Assembly (NCBI RefSeq): GCF_020745735.1
Contig: NC_083449.1
Span: 13,193,868 to 13,257,867, forward strand
Length of the DNA stretch: 64,000 nt
Reading direction: 5' to 3'
DNA from: Hemiscyllium ocellatum
Taxonomy: Eukaryota
Positions within the stretch are counted from its first letter, which is position 1. Each line of letters opens with the position of its first letter. Made by a program: the position numbers and the translations under genes. Shown here one piece after another: positions 50,636 to 63,864 of the stretch. The notes beneath the pieces were generated by a model. That model was not told the origin of the DNA, ran no database searches, and worked only from the letters and a program-made list of their open reading frames with translations.

Positions 50636-50809
50636 GGAAGGAGAAACAGATAGATAGAGAGAGACAGAGAGAGAGAGAGAAAACACAGACACAATAATAG
50701 GATTACCCGCCTCCAGCAACTTACAGAGGAACAGGGGGCGATTCAGCCCCCACCCTTCATCAGACTGTTACTACATGGGAACAAAGAAACCATTCAACGT
50801 CTTGCGAGT

Positions 50810-51270
50810 CTCACTATCCCCCAATACCCCACACACCCTGTAGGTCTAACTATCACCCCCCAATACCCCACACACCCTGTGGGTCACACTATTCCCCCCC
50901 CCAATACCCCACACACCCTGTGGGTATCACTATCACCCCCCAATACCCCCCACACCCTGTGGGTCTCACTATCCCCCCCCCAATACCCCACACACCCTGT
51001 GGGTATCACTATCCCCCCCCCCAATACCCCACACACCCTATGGGTATCACTATCCCCCCCCCAATACCCCACACCCTGTGGGTCTCACTATCCCCCCCCC
51101 CAATACCCCACACACCCTGTGGGTCTCACTATCCCCCCCCCCAATACCCCACACACCCTGTGGGTCTCACTATCCCCCCCCAATACCCCCCACACCCTGT
51201 GGGTCTCACTATCCCCCCCAAATACCCCCCACACCCTGTGGGTCTCACTATCACCCCCCAATACCCCAGA
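50810..51270. repeat. ~40-bp minisatellite (GTGGGTCTCACTATCCCCCCCCCAATACCCCACACACCCT)n
   Basis: About 11 tandem copies. Confidence 0.92.
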
Positions 51271-51536
51271 TACTATGTGAGTCTCACTTATCCCTTCCCC
51301 CTCTCCCACCCTGGATCCGCCTGCTGGGTCATATCGACCCCCCTCCTCAACAATGATTTCTCTTTCCCCTCCCACCCCCTCCCCCTTCTACTGACCTAAC
51401 CTCTATCTGTGATTCCCCAGTTACCTCGGAGATGCCAGAATCGAAACTGACCCGGTCTCTCTCTCTTCCTCCTCTGTCTCCGACCCTCCCTCTGTCTCTG
51501 TCCACCCCCTCCATATCATTCTGTCTGTCTGTCGCT

Positions 51537-52271
51537 NNNNNNNNNNNNNNNNNNNNNNNNNNNNNNNNNNNNNNNNNNNNNNNNNNNNNNNNNNNNNNNN
51601 NNNNNNNNNNNNNNNNNNNNNNNNNNNNNNNNNNNNNNNNNNNNNNNNNNNNNNNNNNNNNNNNNNNNNNNNNNNNNNNNNNNNNNNNNNNNNNNNNNNN
51701 NNNNNNNNNNNNNNNNNNNNNNNNNNNNNNNNNNNNNNNNNNNNNNNNNNNNNNNNNNNNNNNNNNNNNNNNNNNNNNNNNNNNNNNNNNNNNNNNNNNN
51801 NNNNNNNNNNNNNNNNNNNNNNNNNNNNNNNNNNNNNNNNNNNNNNNNNNNNNNNNNNNNNNNNNNNNNNNNNNNNNNNNNNNNNNNNNNNNNNNNNNNN
51901 NNNNNNNNNNNNNNNNNNNNNNNNNNNNNNNNNNNNNNNNNNNNNNNNNNNNNNNNNNNNNNNNNNNNNNNNNNNNNNNNNNNNNNNNNNNNNNNNNNNN
52001 NNNNNNNNNNNNNNNNNNNNNNNNNNNNNNNNNNNNNNNNNNNNNNNNNNNNNNNNNNNNNNNNNNNNNNNNNNNNNNNNNNNNNNNNNNNNNNNNNNNN
52101 NNNNNNNNNNNNNNNNNNNNNNNNNNNNNNNNNNNNNNNNNNNNNNNNNNNNNNNNNNNNNNNNNNNNNNNNNNNNNNNNNNNNNNNNNNNNNNNNNNNN
52201 NNNNNNNNNNNNNNNNNNNNNNNNNNNNNNNNNNNNNNNNNNNNNNNNNNNNNNNNNNNNNNNNNNNNNNN
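51537..52271. other. Assembly gap (735 N)
   Basis: Run of N. Confidence 1.
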
Positions 52272-52395
52272 TCCCTCTTACCCCCAGTCTCTCAGTCTCA
52301 TCCCTACCCCCCCCCACCCCCCCACTGATTCCTCTCCCCCACCCCACCTCTCTATCTTTCTCCCTCTGTTTTCTGTTCTCAATTTGATTTATCAG

Positions 52396-52413
52396 GGAAT
52401 CGAAACTGAAAGT
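52396..52413. promoter_or_regulatory. ISRE/IRF-E motif, candidate ZBP1-like promoter
   Basis: GGAATCGAAACTGAAAGT: perfect GAAANNGAAAGT with an extra upstream half-site. Confidence 0.6.
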
Positions 52414-52635
52414 TAACGTCGCTGACACCGGATAGTTTCAGCCCCGGAATCGAATGTGTTTTAACCACAGCCAAACCCCTCCTTGGACCCTCAGCATCTG
52501 GCCCTTTCCCCAAATCTCTTCACCACCACCCACCCCCCAATCCTCCAGCACTGTGTGTCTCTCTCTCTCTCTCTCCCTCCCCTTTACTGGCTGCCTGCAT
52601 CTTTTCCTTTCATTTCTCTTTCACATTCTCTGTGC

Positions 52636-52670
<35 letters not shown>

Positions 52671-53174
52671 CCCCCCACCCATCTCTCTTTTTCCCCATCC
52701 ACCCATCTCTCTCTCACCCCCCCACCCCATCTCTCTCACCCTCTCGTTTGCTCATCAGACCCACCCCCAACAAATTCAGGGGAAACTGCTACCAGCCGAC
52801 CCCATCCCCTCGGTCAGGATGAACCTCTCACCAACTGATGAACGCGAACCCACCCTGATCCGTCCTGGGAGACCATACTTCAACACCCTGGGACATCCTG
52901 GGTCACAGGAGAGGACGGTCTGGGAACAAGAGCCGGCAGGGAGTTTGGAAGTGAGTTTTCGGGCAGTTTTGGAAGTGAATTTTAAGGCACGCCTTCTCAT
53001 GACTGAGAACTTGCGAGGGCGGTCTTCAGATTTCTCTGAAGACTTTTCAGTTAACCTTTTAAGCACCTTCTTCCTACTTTAAAACACTTCCAAATCTTTA
53101 TCTCATTCAAAAAAAATAAAGATTTTAAGAAACTTTTCAAAATACTTTTGATTATTTATGATGCAGAGATAGGA

Positions 53175-53655
53175 CATAGAACATAGAAACATACAGCGCA
53201 GTCCAGGCCCTTCGGCCCTCGATGTTGCGCCGATCCAAGCCCACCTAACCTACACTAGCCCACTATCCTCCATGTGCCTATCCAATGCCCGTTTAAATGC
53301 CCATAAAGAGGGAGAGTCCACCACTGCTACTGGCAGGGCATTCCATGAACTCACAACCCGCTGAGTAAAGAACCTACCCCTAACATCTGTCCTATACCTA
53401 CCACCCCTTAATTTAAAGCTGTGTCCCCTAGTAACAGCTGACTCCATTAGCGGTAAAAGGTTCTCAGTGTCTACCCTATCTAAACCCCTAATCATCTTGT
53501 ACACCTCTATCAAATCTCCCCTAAACCTTCTTTTCTCCAATGAGAACAGCCCCAAGTGCCTCAGCCTTTCCTCATACGATCTTCCTACCATGCCAGGCAA
53601 CATCCTGGTAAACCTCCTCTGCACCCGTTCCAGTGCCTCCACATCCTTCCTATAA
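53175..53655 (-). mobile_element. Young CR1 LINE 3' end
   Basis: ORF 53250..53642(-), near-identical to 41290-42190. Confidence 0.92.
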
Positions 53656-54039
53656 GGTATTGGACTGGGGTGTACACAACACCAGGTTATAGTCCGACAG
53701 GTTCGATCTTACCTGATGAAGGGGCAGTTCTCAGACAGCTAGTGCTTCCAATTCAAACCTGGGGTTGTGGGAGTTTTAACTTTACAAACTTAAGGTGCTT
53801 TTTGAAGCATATCGCGTCGTAGAGTCAGAGATGTTACTTCAGTTCAGATTTTGTCACTCCTGAGAATAAAACGTTTTATTCAATATTTTCAGTATTTTGT
53901 TAGTTTTGGACCTGTTCTGTTTGTGGAGTTTTCAAACAGGTAGGTGGGGTTAAGTTTGAATTAGACTTTTGTTATTCCCATTTCCATAATGAATTTGCAT
54001 TTTAATAGTTTGTCTCAGAGACTCTATCTTTCACCATGA

Positions 54040-56718
54040 CAGATACGCTGCCACCGCGGGGTCCATGGCTACAGGGACCAGCGCCGTTTCTGCCTGGCAC
54101 ACCACCTCCGCCCTCAGTGACATCACTCACCTGCTCAAGGACCACGCCGCCCCCACGCCAACCTCCGCCCCCACTCCCAGCTCCAGTCCCACACCAGGTC
54201 CCAGCTCCCAACCTTGCCGGAACTTCACCATCCCTCCAGACCTCCCCGTCTCTGAGGATGAAAGATCAGTCCTCAGCAGAGGCCTCACCTTCATTCCCCT
54301 ACGCTCCAGGATTAACGAGTTCAACACGTGGCGAGATATTGAACAATTCTTCCGCCGCCTTCGCCTCCGTGCCTACTTTTACAACCAAGACTCCCGCCCA
54401 CCCTCTGACGACCCCTTCTCCCGCCTCCAACGCACCCCATCCACCTGGACACCCCGTGCTGGCCTCTTTCCTGCCCTCGATCTATTTATAGCCAACTGCC
54501 GCCGCGACATTAACCGACTCAACCTCACCACCCCTCTCACCCACTCCAACCTCTCACCCTCAGAACGTGCAGCCCTCCACTCCCTCCGCTCCAACCCCAA
54601 CCTCACCATCAAACCGGCAGACAAGGGAGGCGCGGTGGTAGTTTGGCGCATCGACCTTTATACCGCTGAGGCTAAACGCCAGCTCGCGGACACCTCCTCC
54701 CACTGCCCCCTTGAGCATGACCCCACCTCCCACCACCAAACCATCATCTCCCAGACCATCCATGACCTCATCACCTCAGGGGATCTCCCATCCACAGCCT
54801 CCAACCTCATAGTCCCACAACCCCGCACCGCCCGTTTCTACCTCCTGCCCAAAATCCACAAACCTGCCTGCCCCGGCCGACCCATTGTCTCAGCCTGCTC
54901 CTGCCCCACCGAACTCATCTCCCAATACCTCGACACGGTCCTGTCCCCTTTAGTCCAAGAACTCCCCACCTACGTTCGGGACACTACCCACGCCCTCCAC
55001 CTCCTCCATGATTTTTGCTTCCCTGGTCCACAACGCCTTATCTTCACCATGGACATCCAGTCCCTGTACACCTCCATCCCCCATCACGAAGGACTCAAAG
55101 CCCTTTGCTTCTTCCTTTCCCGCCGCACCAACCAGTACCCTTCCACTGACACCCTCCTTCGACTGACTGAACTGGTCCTCACCCTGAATAACTTCTCTTT
55201 CCAATCCTCCCACTTCCTCCAAACTAAAGGAGTTGCCATGGGCACCCGCATGGGCACCAGCTATGCCTGTCTCTTCGTAGGATATGTGGAACAGTCCATC
55301 TTCCGCAACTACACTGGCACCACCCCCCACCTTTTCCTCCGCTACATCGATGACTGTATCGGCGCTGCCTCGTGCTCCCACGAGGAGGTTGAACAGTTCA
55401 TCAACTTTACCAACACCTTCCATCTCGACCTCAAATTCACCTGGACTGTCTCAGACCCCTCCCTCCCCTTCCTAGACCTTTCCATTTCTATCTCGGGCGA
55501 CCGACTTAACACAGACATCTACTATAAACCGACTGACTCCCACAGCTACCTGGACTACACCTCCTCCCACCCTGCCCCTGTAAAAACTCCATCCCATATT
55601 CCCAATTCCTTTGTCTCCGCCGCATCTGCTCCCAGGAGGACCAGTTCCAATACCGTACAGCCCAGATGGCCTCCTTCTTCAAGGACCGCAGATTCCCCCC
55701 AGACGTGATCGACGATGCCCTCCACCGCATCTCCTCCACTTCCCGCTCCTCCGCCCATGAGCCCCGCCCCTCCAACCGCCACCAAGACAGAACCCCACTG
55801 GTTCTCACCTACCACCCCACCAACCTGCGCATACAACGTATCATCCGCCATCATCTCCGCCACCTCCAAACGGACCCCACCACCAGGGATATATTTCCCT
55901 CCCCTCCCCTATCAGCGTTCCGAAAAGACCACTCCCTCTGTGACTCCCTCGTCAGGTCCACACCCCCCACCAACCCAACCTCCACTCCCAGCACCTTCCC
56001 CTGCAACCGCAGGAAATGCAAAGCTTGCGCCCAGACCTCCCCCCTCACTTCCTTCCAAGGCCCCAAGGGATCCTTCCATATCCAACACAAGTTCACCTGC
56101 ACCTCCACACACATCATTTACTGCATCCACTGCACCCGATGTGGCCTCCTCTATATTGAGGAGACAGGCCGCCTACTTGTGGAATGTTTCAGGGAACACC
56201 TCTGGGACACCCGGACCAACCAACCCAACCGCCCCGTGGCTCAACACTTTAACTCCTCCTCCCACTCCACCAAGGACATGCAGGTCCTTGGACTCCTCCA
56301 TCGCCAGACCATAGCAACACGACGGCTGGAGGAAGAGCGCCTCATCTTCCGCCTGGGAACCCTCCAACCACACGGGATGAATGCAGATTTCTCCAGCTTC
56401 CTCATTTCCCCTCCCCCCCACCTTGTCTCAGTCCCAACCCTCGGACTCAGCACCGCCCTCCTAACCTGCAATCTTCTTCCCGACCTCTCCGCCCCCACCC
56501 CCTCTCCAGCCTATCACCCTCACCCTCGCCTCCTTCCACCTATCGCATTTCCAGCATCCCTCCTCAAACTACCCTTCCCCCCTTAACTTTTATCTCAGCC
56601 CGCTTGGCACACCAGCCTCATTCCTGAAGAAGGGCTTATACCCGAAACGTCGATTCTCCTGCTCCTCGGATGCTGCCTGGCCTGCTGTGTTTTAGCAGCA
56701 CCACACTTCTCAGCTCTG
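54040..56718 (+). mobile_element. Penelope-like retroelement (RT + GIY-YIG endonuclease), one frameshift, 5'-truncated
   Basis: ORF 54065..55708: IKPADKGGAVV, YLLPKIHK, GRPIVS, MDIQSLYT, GVAMG, LRYIDD; ORF 55666..56586: C-x3-C-x2-C and IIYCIHCTRCGLLYIEETGR..HFN; 3' end with hammerhead-like CTGAAGA..GAAACGTC at about 56624-56651. Confidence 0.95.
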
Positions 56719-56799
56719 GGACTCCTGGGAATGAAGGGCTTGTCAAATGACAAGCAGTGGAATTCCATACTGTAGGGAATCTGATGGACTCTGGGTTGA

Positions 56800-57170
56800 C
56801 TCATTGGAGTTTAGAAGGATAAGTCTTACAGAATACTCAGAGTGGATGTGGAGCAGGAGTTTTCACCAGTAGGAGAGAAAAAGGAAGCCAGGTATAGATT
56901 TGGAGAGACGGACGATTGACCTTTAAGGACTGAGGTAAGAAGGTACTTCTTCAGCCAGAGAGTAGTGTATCTGTGGAATTAGTGCTACAAAGGACTGTGG
57001 AGGTCAAGTCACTGAGTGTCTTTAAGACAGAGATCGGTTTTTGATAATTAAGGGGGTCGAGAATTATGAGGATAAGGCAAGAGAATAGGATTGAGACACA
57101 TATCAGTCATGATTGAATGTTTGAACAGAGTCGATGGACCGAATGGCCTAATTCTGTTTCTGTAGCTTAT
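56800..57170 (+). mobile_element. Degenerate CR1 3' fragment
   Basis: tcattggagtttagaagg..ttcttcagccagagagtagtg..gaatggcctaattctg. Confidence 0.65.
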
Positions 57171-57229
57171 GCTCACTATTTATTGATGCTGCTCCTCTCG
57201 CTCTCTAGGCCACTCAGTGCTTTTAGCTG

Positions 57230-57490
57230 AGATTACTTACAGTGTGGATACAGGCCCTTCGGCCCAACAAGTCCATACCGACCCGCCGAAGAGCAACCCA
57301 CCCAGACCCATTCCTCTACATCTAACACTATGGGCAATTCACCTGAACTGCACATTTCTTTGTGACTGTGGGAGGAAACCCACGCAGACCCGGGCAGAAC
57401 GTGCAAACTCCACACAGACAGTCGCCCAAGGCGGGAATCGAACCCGGGTCTCTGGCGCTGTGAGGCAGCAGGGCTTAACCACTGTGCCAT
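57230..57490 (-). mobile_element. HE1-like SINE
   Basis: Head GGCACAGTGGTTAAGCCCTGCTGCCTCACAGCGCC..GGGTTCGATTCCCG and CR1-like tail. Confidence 0.85.
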
Positions 57491-57569
57491 CTTGTACAGC
57501 TCAATCAGCTCTGCCCTCAGCCTCCTCTTCTCTAAGGCTAACTGCCTCAGTTTAAGTAGTCTCTCTTAG

Positions 57570-60280
57570 AATCGTAGAATCCCTCCAGTGTGGAAGCAGG
57601 CCACTCAGCCCATCGACCCTCCGAAGAGCACCCCACCCAGATCCACCCCATCTGTGTGTAACCCTAAATTCTCAATGACTAATCCACCCTAAGCTGCACA
57701 TCTCTGGACTGTGGGAGGAAACCGGAGCACCCGGAGGAAACCCACACAGACGGGGGGAGAATGTACAAACCCCACACAGACACGGGGAGAATGTACAAAC
57801 CCCACACAGTCACGGGGAAAATGTGCAAACCCCACACAGACACGGGGAGAGTGTACACACCCCACACAGACACGGGGAGAATGTACAAACCCCACACAGA
57901 CACGGGGAGAATGTACAAACCCACACAGACACGGGGAGAATGTACAAACCCCACACAGACACGGGGAGAATGTACAAACCCACACAGACACGGGGAGAAT
58001 GTACAAACCCCACACAGATACGGGGAGAATGTACAAACCCACACAGACACGGGGAGAATGTGCAAACCCCACACAGACACGGGGAGAATGTACAAACCCC
58101 ACACAGACACGGGGAGAATGTACACACCCCACACAGACACGGGGAGAATGTACAAACCCCACACAGACACGGGGAGAATGTACACACCCCACACAGACAC
58201 TGGGAGAATGTACACACCCACACAGACACGGGGAGAATGTACAAACCCCACACAGACACGGGGAGAATGTACAAACCCACACAGACGCGGGGAGAATGTA
58301 CAAACCCCACACAGACACGGGGGGAATGTACAAACCCCACACAGACACGGGGAGAATGTACACACCCCACACAGACACGGGGAGAATGTACACACCCACA
58401 CAGACACGGGGAGAATGTACAAACCCCACACAGACACGGGGAGAATGTACACACCCCACACAGACACAGGGAGAGTGTACAAACCCCACACAGACACGGA
58501 GAGAATGTACACACCCCACACAGACACGGGGAGAATGTACAAACCCACACAGACACGGGGAGAATGTACAAACCCCACACAGACACGGGGAGAATGTACA
58601 CACCCCACACAGACACGGGGAGAATGTACAAACCCCACACAGACACGGGGAGAATGTACAAACCCCACACAGACACGGGGAGAATGTACAAACCCACACA
58701 GACACGGGGAGAATGTACAAACCCCACACAGACACGGGGAGAGTGTACAAACCCCACACAGACACGGGGAGAATGTACAAACCCACACAGACACGGGGAG
58801 AATGTACACACCCCACACAGACACGGGGAGAATGTACACACCCCACACAGACACGGGGAGAATGTACAAACCCACACAGACACGGGGAGAATGTACAAAC
58901 CCCACACAGACACGGGGAGAGTGTACAAACCCCACACAGACACGGGGAGAATGTACAAACTCCACACAGACACGGGGAGAATGTACACACCCCACACAGA
59001 CACGGGGAGAATGTACAAACCCACACAGACACGGGGAGAATGTACAAACCCCACGCAGACACGGGGAGAATGTACAAACCCACACAGACACGGGGAGAAT
59101 GTACACACCCCACACAGACACGGGGGGAATGTACAAACTACACACAGACACGGGGAGAATGTACAAACCCACACAGACACGGGGAGAATGTACAAACCCC
59201 ACACAGACACGGGGAGAATGTACAAACCCACACAGACGCGGGGAGAATGTACAAACCCACATAGACACGGGGAGAATGTACAAACCCCACACAGACACGG
59301 GGAGAATGTACAAACCCCACACAGACACGGGGGGAATGTACAAACTACACACAGACACAGGGAGAATGTACACACCCCACACAGACACGGGGAGAATGTA
59401 CAAACCCCACACAGACACGGGGAGAATGTACAAACCCACACAGACGCGGGGAGAATGTACAAACCCCACACAGACACGGGGAGAATGTACAAACCCACAC
59501 AGACACGGGGAGAATGTACAAACCCCACACAGACACGGGGAGAATGTACAAACCCACACAGACACGGGGAGAATGTACAAACCCCACGCAGACACGGGGG
59601 GAATGTACACACCCCACACAGACACGGGGAGAATGTACAAACCCACACAGACACGGGGAGAATGTACACACCCCACACAGACACGGGGAGAATGTACAAA
59701 CCCACACAGACACGGGGAGAATGTACACACCCCACACAGACACGGGGAGAATGTACAAACCCACACAGACACGGGGAGAATGTACAAACCCCACACAGAC
59801 ACGGGGAGAATGTACAAACCCCACGCAGACACGGGGAGAATGTACAAACCCACACAGACGCGGGGAGAATGTACAAACCCCACACAGACACGGGGAGAAT
59901 GTACAAACCCACACAGACACGGGGAGAATGTACAAACCCCACACAGACACGGGGAGAATGTACAAACCCACACAGACACGGGGAGAATGTACAAACCCCA
60001 CGCAGACACGGGGGGAATGTACACACCCCACACAGACACGGGGAGAATGTACAAACCCACACAGACACGGGGAGAATGTACACACCCCACACAGACACGG
60101 GGAGAATGTACAAACCCACACAGACACGGGGGGAATGTACACACCCCACACAGACACGGGGAGAATGTACAAACCCACACAGACACGGGGAGAATGTGCA
60201 AACTCCCTGTCAGACAGACGATTGCCTGAGGCTGGACTGGAACCTGCTGCTGTGAGGCTGTACTGCTATATTGAACCACC
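57570..60280 (-). mobile_element. HE1-like SINE split by an internal tandem expansion
   Basis: SINE tail/body at 57570-57740, array, then SINE head remnant at 60195-60280 (gtgcaaactcc..gacg.ttgcctgagg..gctgtgagg). Confidence 0.75.
57740..60195. repeat. 29-30-bp minisatellite (CCCCACACAGACACGGGGAGAATGTACAAA)n
   Basis: About 80 copies; unit equals the SINE body segment aaacccacgcagacacggggagaacgtgcaaac. Confidence 0.97.
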
Positions 60281-60387
60281 ATGATGTTCCATAACTGAAT
60301 CTCTCCGTCCCAGACCACACCCTGGTGAATCTCCTCTGCACCTCTTCCAAGTGCAATCACATCCTTTTCCTACAACGTGACGACTAG

Positions 60388-60790
60388 GGATGGCACAGTG
60401 GTTGGCACTGCTGCCTCATAGCACCAGGGACCCGGGTTCAATTCCTGCCTCGGACTGTGTGGAGTTTGCACATTCTCCCCGTGTCTGCGCGGGTTTCCTC
60501 CGGGTGCTCCGGTTTCCTCCCACAGTCCAAAGACCTGCAGGTCAGGTGAGTTGGCCATGCTAAATTGCCCATAGTGTTAGGTAAGGGGTAAATGTAGGGG
60601 TATGGGTGGGTTGCGTTTCGGCGGGTCAGTGTGGACTTGTTGGGCCTGTTTCCACACTGTTAGTAATCTAATCTAATCTAATCTAAATTGCCTGTAGTGT
60701 TAGGTAAGGGTTAAATGTAAGGAGGTGGGTTGCTCTTAGGAGGGTCGGTATGGACTTATTGACCTGAAGGACATGTTTCCACACTATAGG
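60388..60790 (+). mobile_element. HE1-like SINE with a second partial 3' copy
   Basis: ggcacagtggttggcactgctgcctca..gacccgggttcaattcc..(taatc)n, followed by a repeated tail. Confidence 0.88.
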
Positions 60791-61079
60791 AAATCTAGAA
60801 CTGTACACATTAATCCATCTGGGGCTAACTCATTTTGTTTCCAACTCCATAATAATCTCCCTATTCTTCCATTCAATGCTTTGATTGCGAGAGCTATGAT
60901 GTGGAGGTGCCCAGATTGGACTGGGGTGGACAAAGTTAAAAAAACACACCACACCAGGTCGCAGTTCAACAGGTTTATTTGGAATCTTATTGGTCTGTAA
61001 CCTGGTGTTGCGTGATTTTTAACTTTGATTATTATAGACAAGCTTCCCATATGCGGTAATCATCTCATTTGCAGTTTTG

Positions 61080-61570
61080 AGAAAGGATCTACTGGTGTTA
61101 GAAGGGGTTGCAGAAGACATTTAAAATGTTGCTTCCAGAGTTGAGGGAGTTGGTTAATGAGGGTAAGATTGAGTAGGCTGGGATTATATTCACTGGAATT
61201 TAGTAAAACGAAGGGAGATCTTAGAGAAACATATGAAATTATAAAGGGAATAGATAACAGACGTAGAGAGGATATTTCCACTGACAAATGAAATTAGGGC
61301 ATAGCATTAAAATTAGGTTTAAGACTGAATTAAGAAGGAACTTTTTCATCTAGAGGGCTGTGAATCTATGGAATTCCCTGCCCATTGAAGTACCTTATGC
61401 TACTTCTGTAAATGTTTTTAAAGCCAAGGTATAAGCTTTTGAACAATAAAGGAATTAAGGGTGACAGTGAGAGGGCGGGTAAGTGGACCTGAGGCCATGA
61501 ACAGATCAGTCCTGATCTTATTGAGTGGTGGAGCGGGCTCGAAAGGCCAGACGGTCTACTCCTGCTCCCA
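61080..61570 (+). mobile_element. Degenerate CR1 3' fragment
   Basis: aggctgggattatattcactggaattt..ctatggaattccctgccc.. Confidence 0.65.
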
Positions 61571-61574
61571 GTCA

Positions 61575-63430
61575 TAGAGTCACAGAGATGTACAGCATGG
61601 AAACAGGTCCAACACGTCCATGCTGACCCAGATATCCCAACCCAATCTAGTCCCACCTGCCAGCACCCGGCCCATATCCCTCCAAACCCTTCCTATTCAT
61701 ATACCCATCCAAATGCCTCTTAAATGCTGCAATTGCACCAGCCTCGACCATTTCCTCTGGCAGCTCATTCCATACACGTACCACTCTCTGTGTGAAAAAG
61801 TTGCCCCTTAGGTCTCTTGTATATCTTTCCCCTCTCACCCTAAACCTATGCCCTCTAGTTCTGGACTCCCCGACCCCAGGGAAAACACTTTGCCTATTTA
61901 TCCTATCCATGCCCCTCATAATTTTGTAAACCTCTATAAGGTCACCCCTCAGCCTCTGACGCTCCAGGGAAAACAGCCCCAGCCTGTTCAGCCTCTCCCT
62001 GTAGCTCAGATCCTCCAACCCTGGCAACATCCTTGTAAATCTTTTCTGAATCCTTTCAAGTTTCACAACATCTTTCCGATAGGAAGGAGACCAAAATTGC
62101 ACGCAATATTCCAACAGGGGCCTAATCAATGTCCTGTACAGCCGCAACATGACCTCCCAACTCCTATACTCAATACTCTGACCAATAAAGGAAAGCATAC
62201 CAAACGCCTTCTTCACTATCCTATCTACCTGTGACTCCACTTTCAAGGAGCTATGAACCTGCACTCCAAGGTCTCTTTGTTCAGCAACACTCCCTAGGAC
62301 CTTACCATTAAGTATATAAGTCCTGCTAAGATTTGCTTTCCCAAAATGCAGCACCTCGCATTTATCTGAATTAAACTCCATCTGCCATTTCTCAGCCCAT
62401 TGGCCCATCTGGTCAAAATCCTGTTGTAATCTGAGGTCACCCTCTTCTCTGTCCACTACACCTCCAATTTTGGTGTCATCTGCAAACTTACTAACTGTAC
62501 CTCTTATGCTCGCATCCAAATCATTTATGTAAATGACAAAAAGTAGAGGGCCCAGCACCGATCCTGTGGCACTCCACTGGTCACAGGCCTCCATTCTGAA
62601 AAACAACCCTCCACCACCACCCTCTGTCTTCTACCTTTGAGCCAGTTCTGTATCCAAGTGGGTAGTTCTCCCTGTATTCCATGAGATCTAACCTTGCTAA
62701 TCAGTCTCCCCTGGGGAACCTTGTCGAACACCTTACTGAAGTCCATATAGGTCACATCTACTGCTCTGCCCTCATCAATCCTCTTTGTTACATCTTGAAA
62801 AAACTCAATCAAGTTTGTGAGACATGATTTCCCACGCACAAAGCCACGTTGACTATCCAGAATCAGTCCTTGCCATTCCAAATACATGTACATCCTGTCC
62901 CTCAGGATTCCCTCCAACAACTTGCCCACCACCTAGGTCAGGCTCACTGGTCTACAGTTCCCTGGCTTGTCCTTACCACCCTTCTTAAACAGTGGCACCT
63001 TCTTAAATAGTTTGCCAACCTCCAGTCTTCTGGCACCCCACCTGTGACTATCGATGATACAAACATCTCAGCAAGAGGTCCAGCAATCACTTCTCTAGCT
63101 TCCCACAGAGTTCTCGGGTACACCTGATCAGGTCCTGGGGATTTATCCATCTTTAACCATTTCAAGACATCCAGCACTTCCTCCTCTGTAATCTGGACAT
63201 TTTGCAAGATGTCACCATCTATTTCCCTACAGTCTATATCTTCCATATCCTTTTCCACAGTAAATACTGATGCAAAATATTCATTTAGTATCTCCCCATT
63301 TTCTGTAGCTCCACACAAAGGCCGCCTTGCTGATCTTTGAGGGTCCCTATTCTCTCCCTAGTTAGCCTTTTGTCCTTAATGTATTTGTAAAACCCCTTTG
63401 GGTTCTCCTTAATTCTATTTGCCAAAGCTG
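61575..63430 (-). mobile_element. CR1 LINE ORF2 3' ~1.85 kb
   Basis: ORFs 61647..62606, 62525..62932 and 62944..63318(-): RT motifs FADDTK, KSCLTNLIEFF; same subfamily as 13990-18200. Confidence 0.95.
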
Positions 63431-63864
63431 TCCCCGTTTTGCCCTCTTGATTTCCATCTTTCCTACTTTCTTTAACCCCCACACACATTAATTGGTCTGC
63501 TGTTAACTCGCAGCCCATTGTTAAGCACTAATAGTTTCCAATAGTAGATATACATTCTCCTAAACTGATCGTTAACCCGTCCTTATCTGTCCAACTATTC
63601 TCGCTCTTTGGGCTCTATCTCCACCTCGTGTTACTCCTAACCCTCCCCCACCCCTGTCCTTTTGTATAAAAACAACTTTTTTTCCCCAGCTATGATGCTG
63701 GTGCTGGTGTTGGACTGGGGGGGGGGGGGGGGGCAAAAGGTTAATAACCACACAACATCCGGTTAGAGCCCAACAGGTTTATTTGGAAGCACTAGCTTTC
63801 GCTGCACTGCTCCTTCGTCAGTGAAAGACCAGCGCACCCAAAACTAATACTTCCAATTAAACAG

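Noticed and set aside
51421-52428. ORFs spanning 51.4-52.4 kb
   Set aside because: They are long only because they cross the N gap.
57679-60360. Multiple 470-890-aa ORFs on both strands
   Set aside because: Artefacts of the SINE-derived 29-30-bp tandem array.
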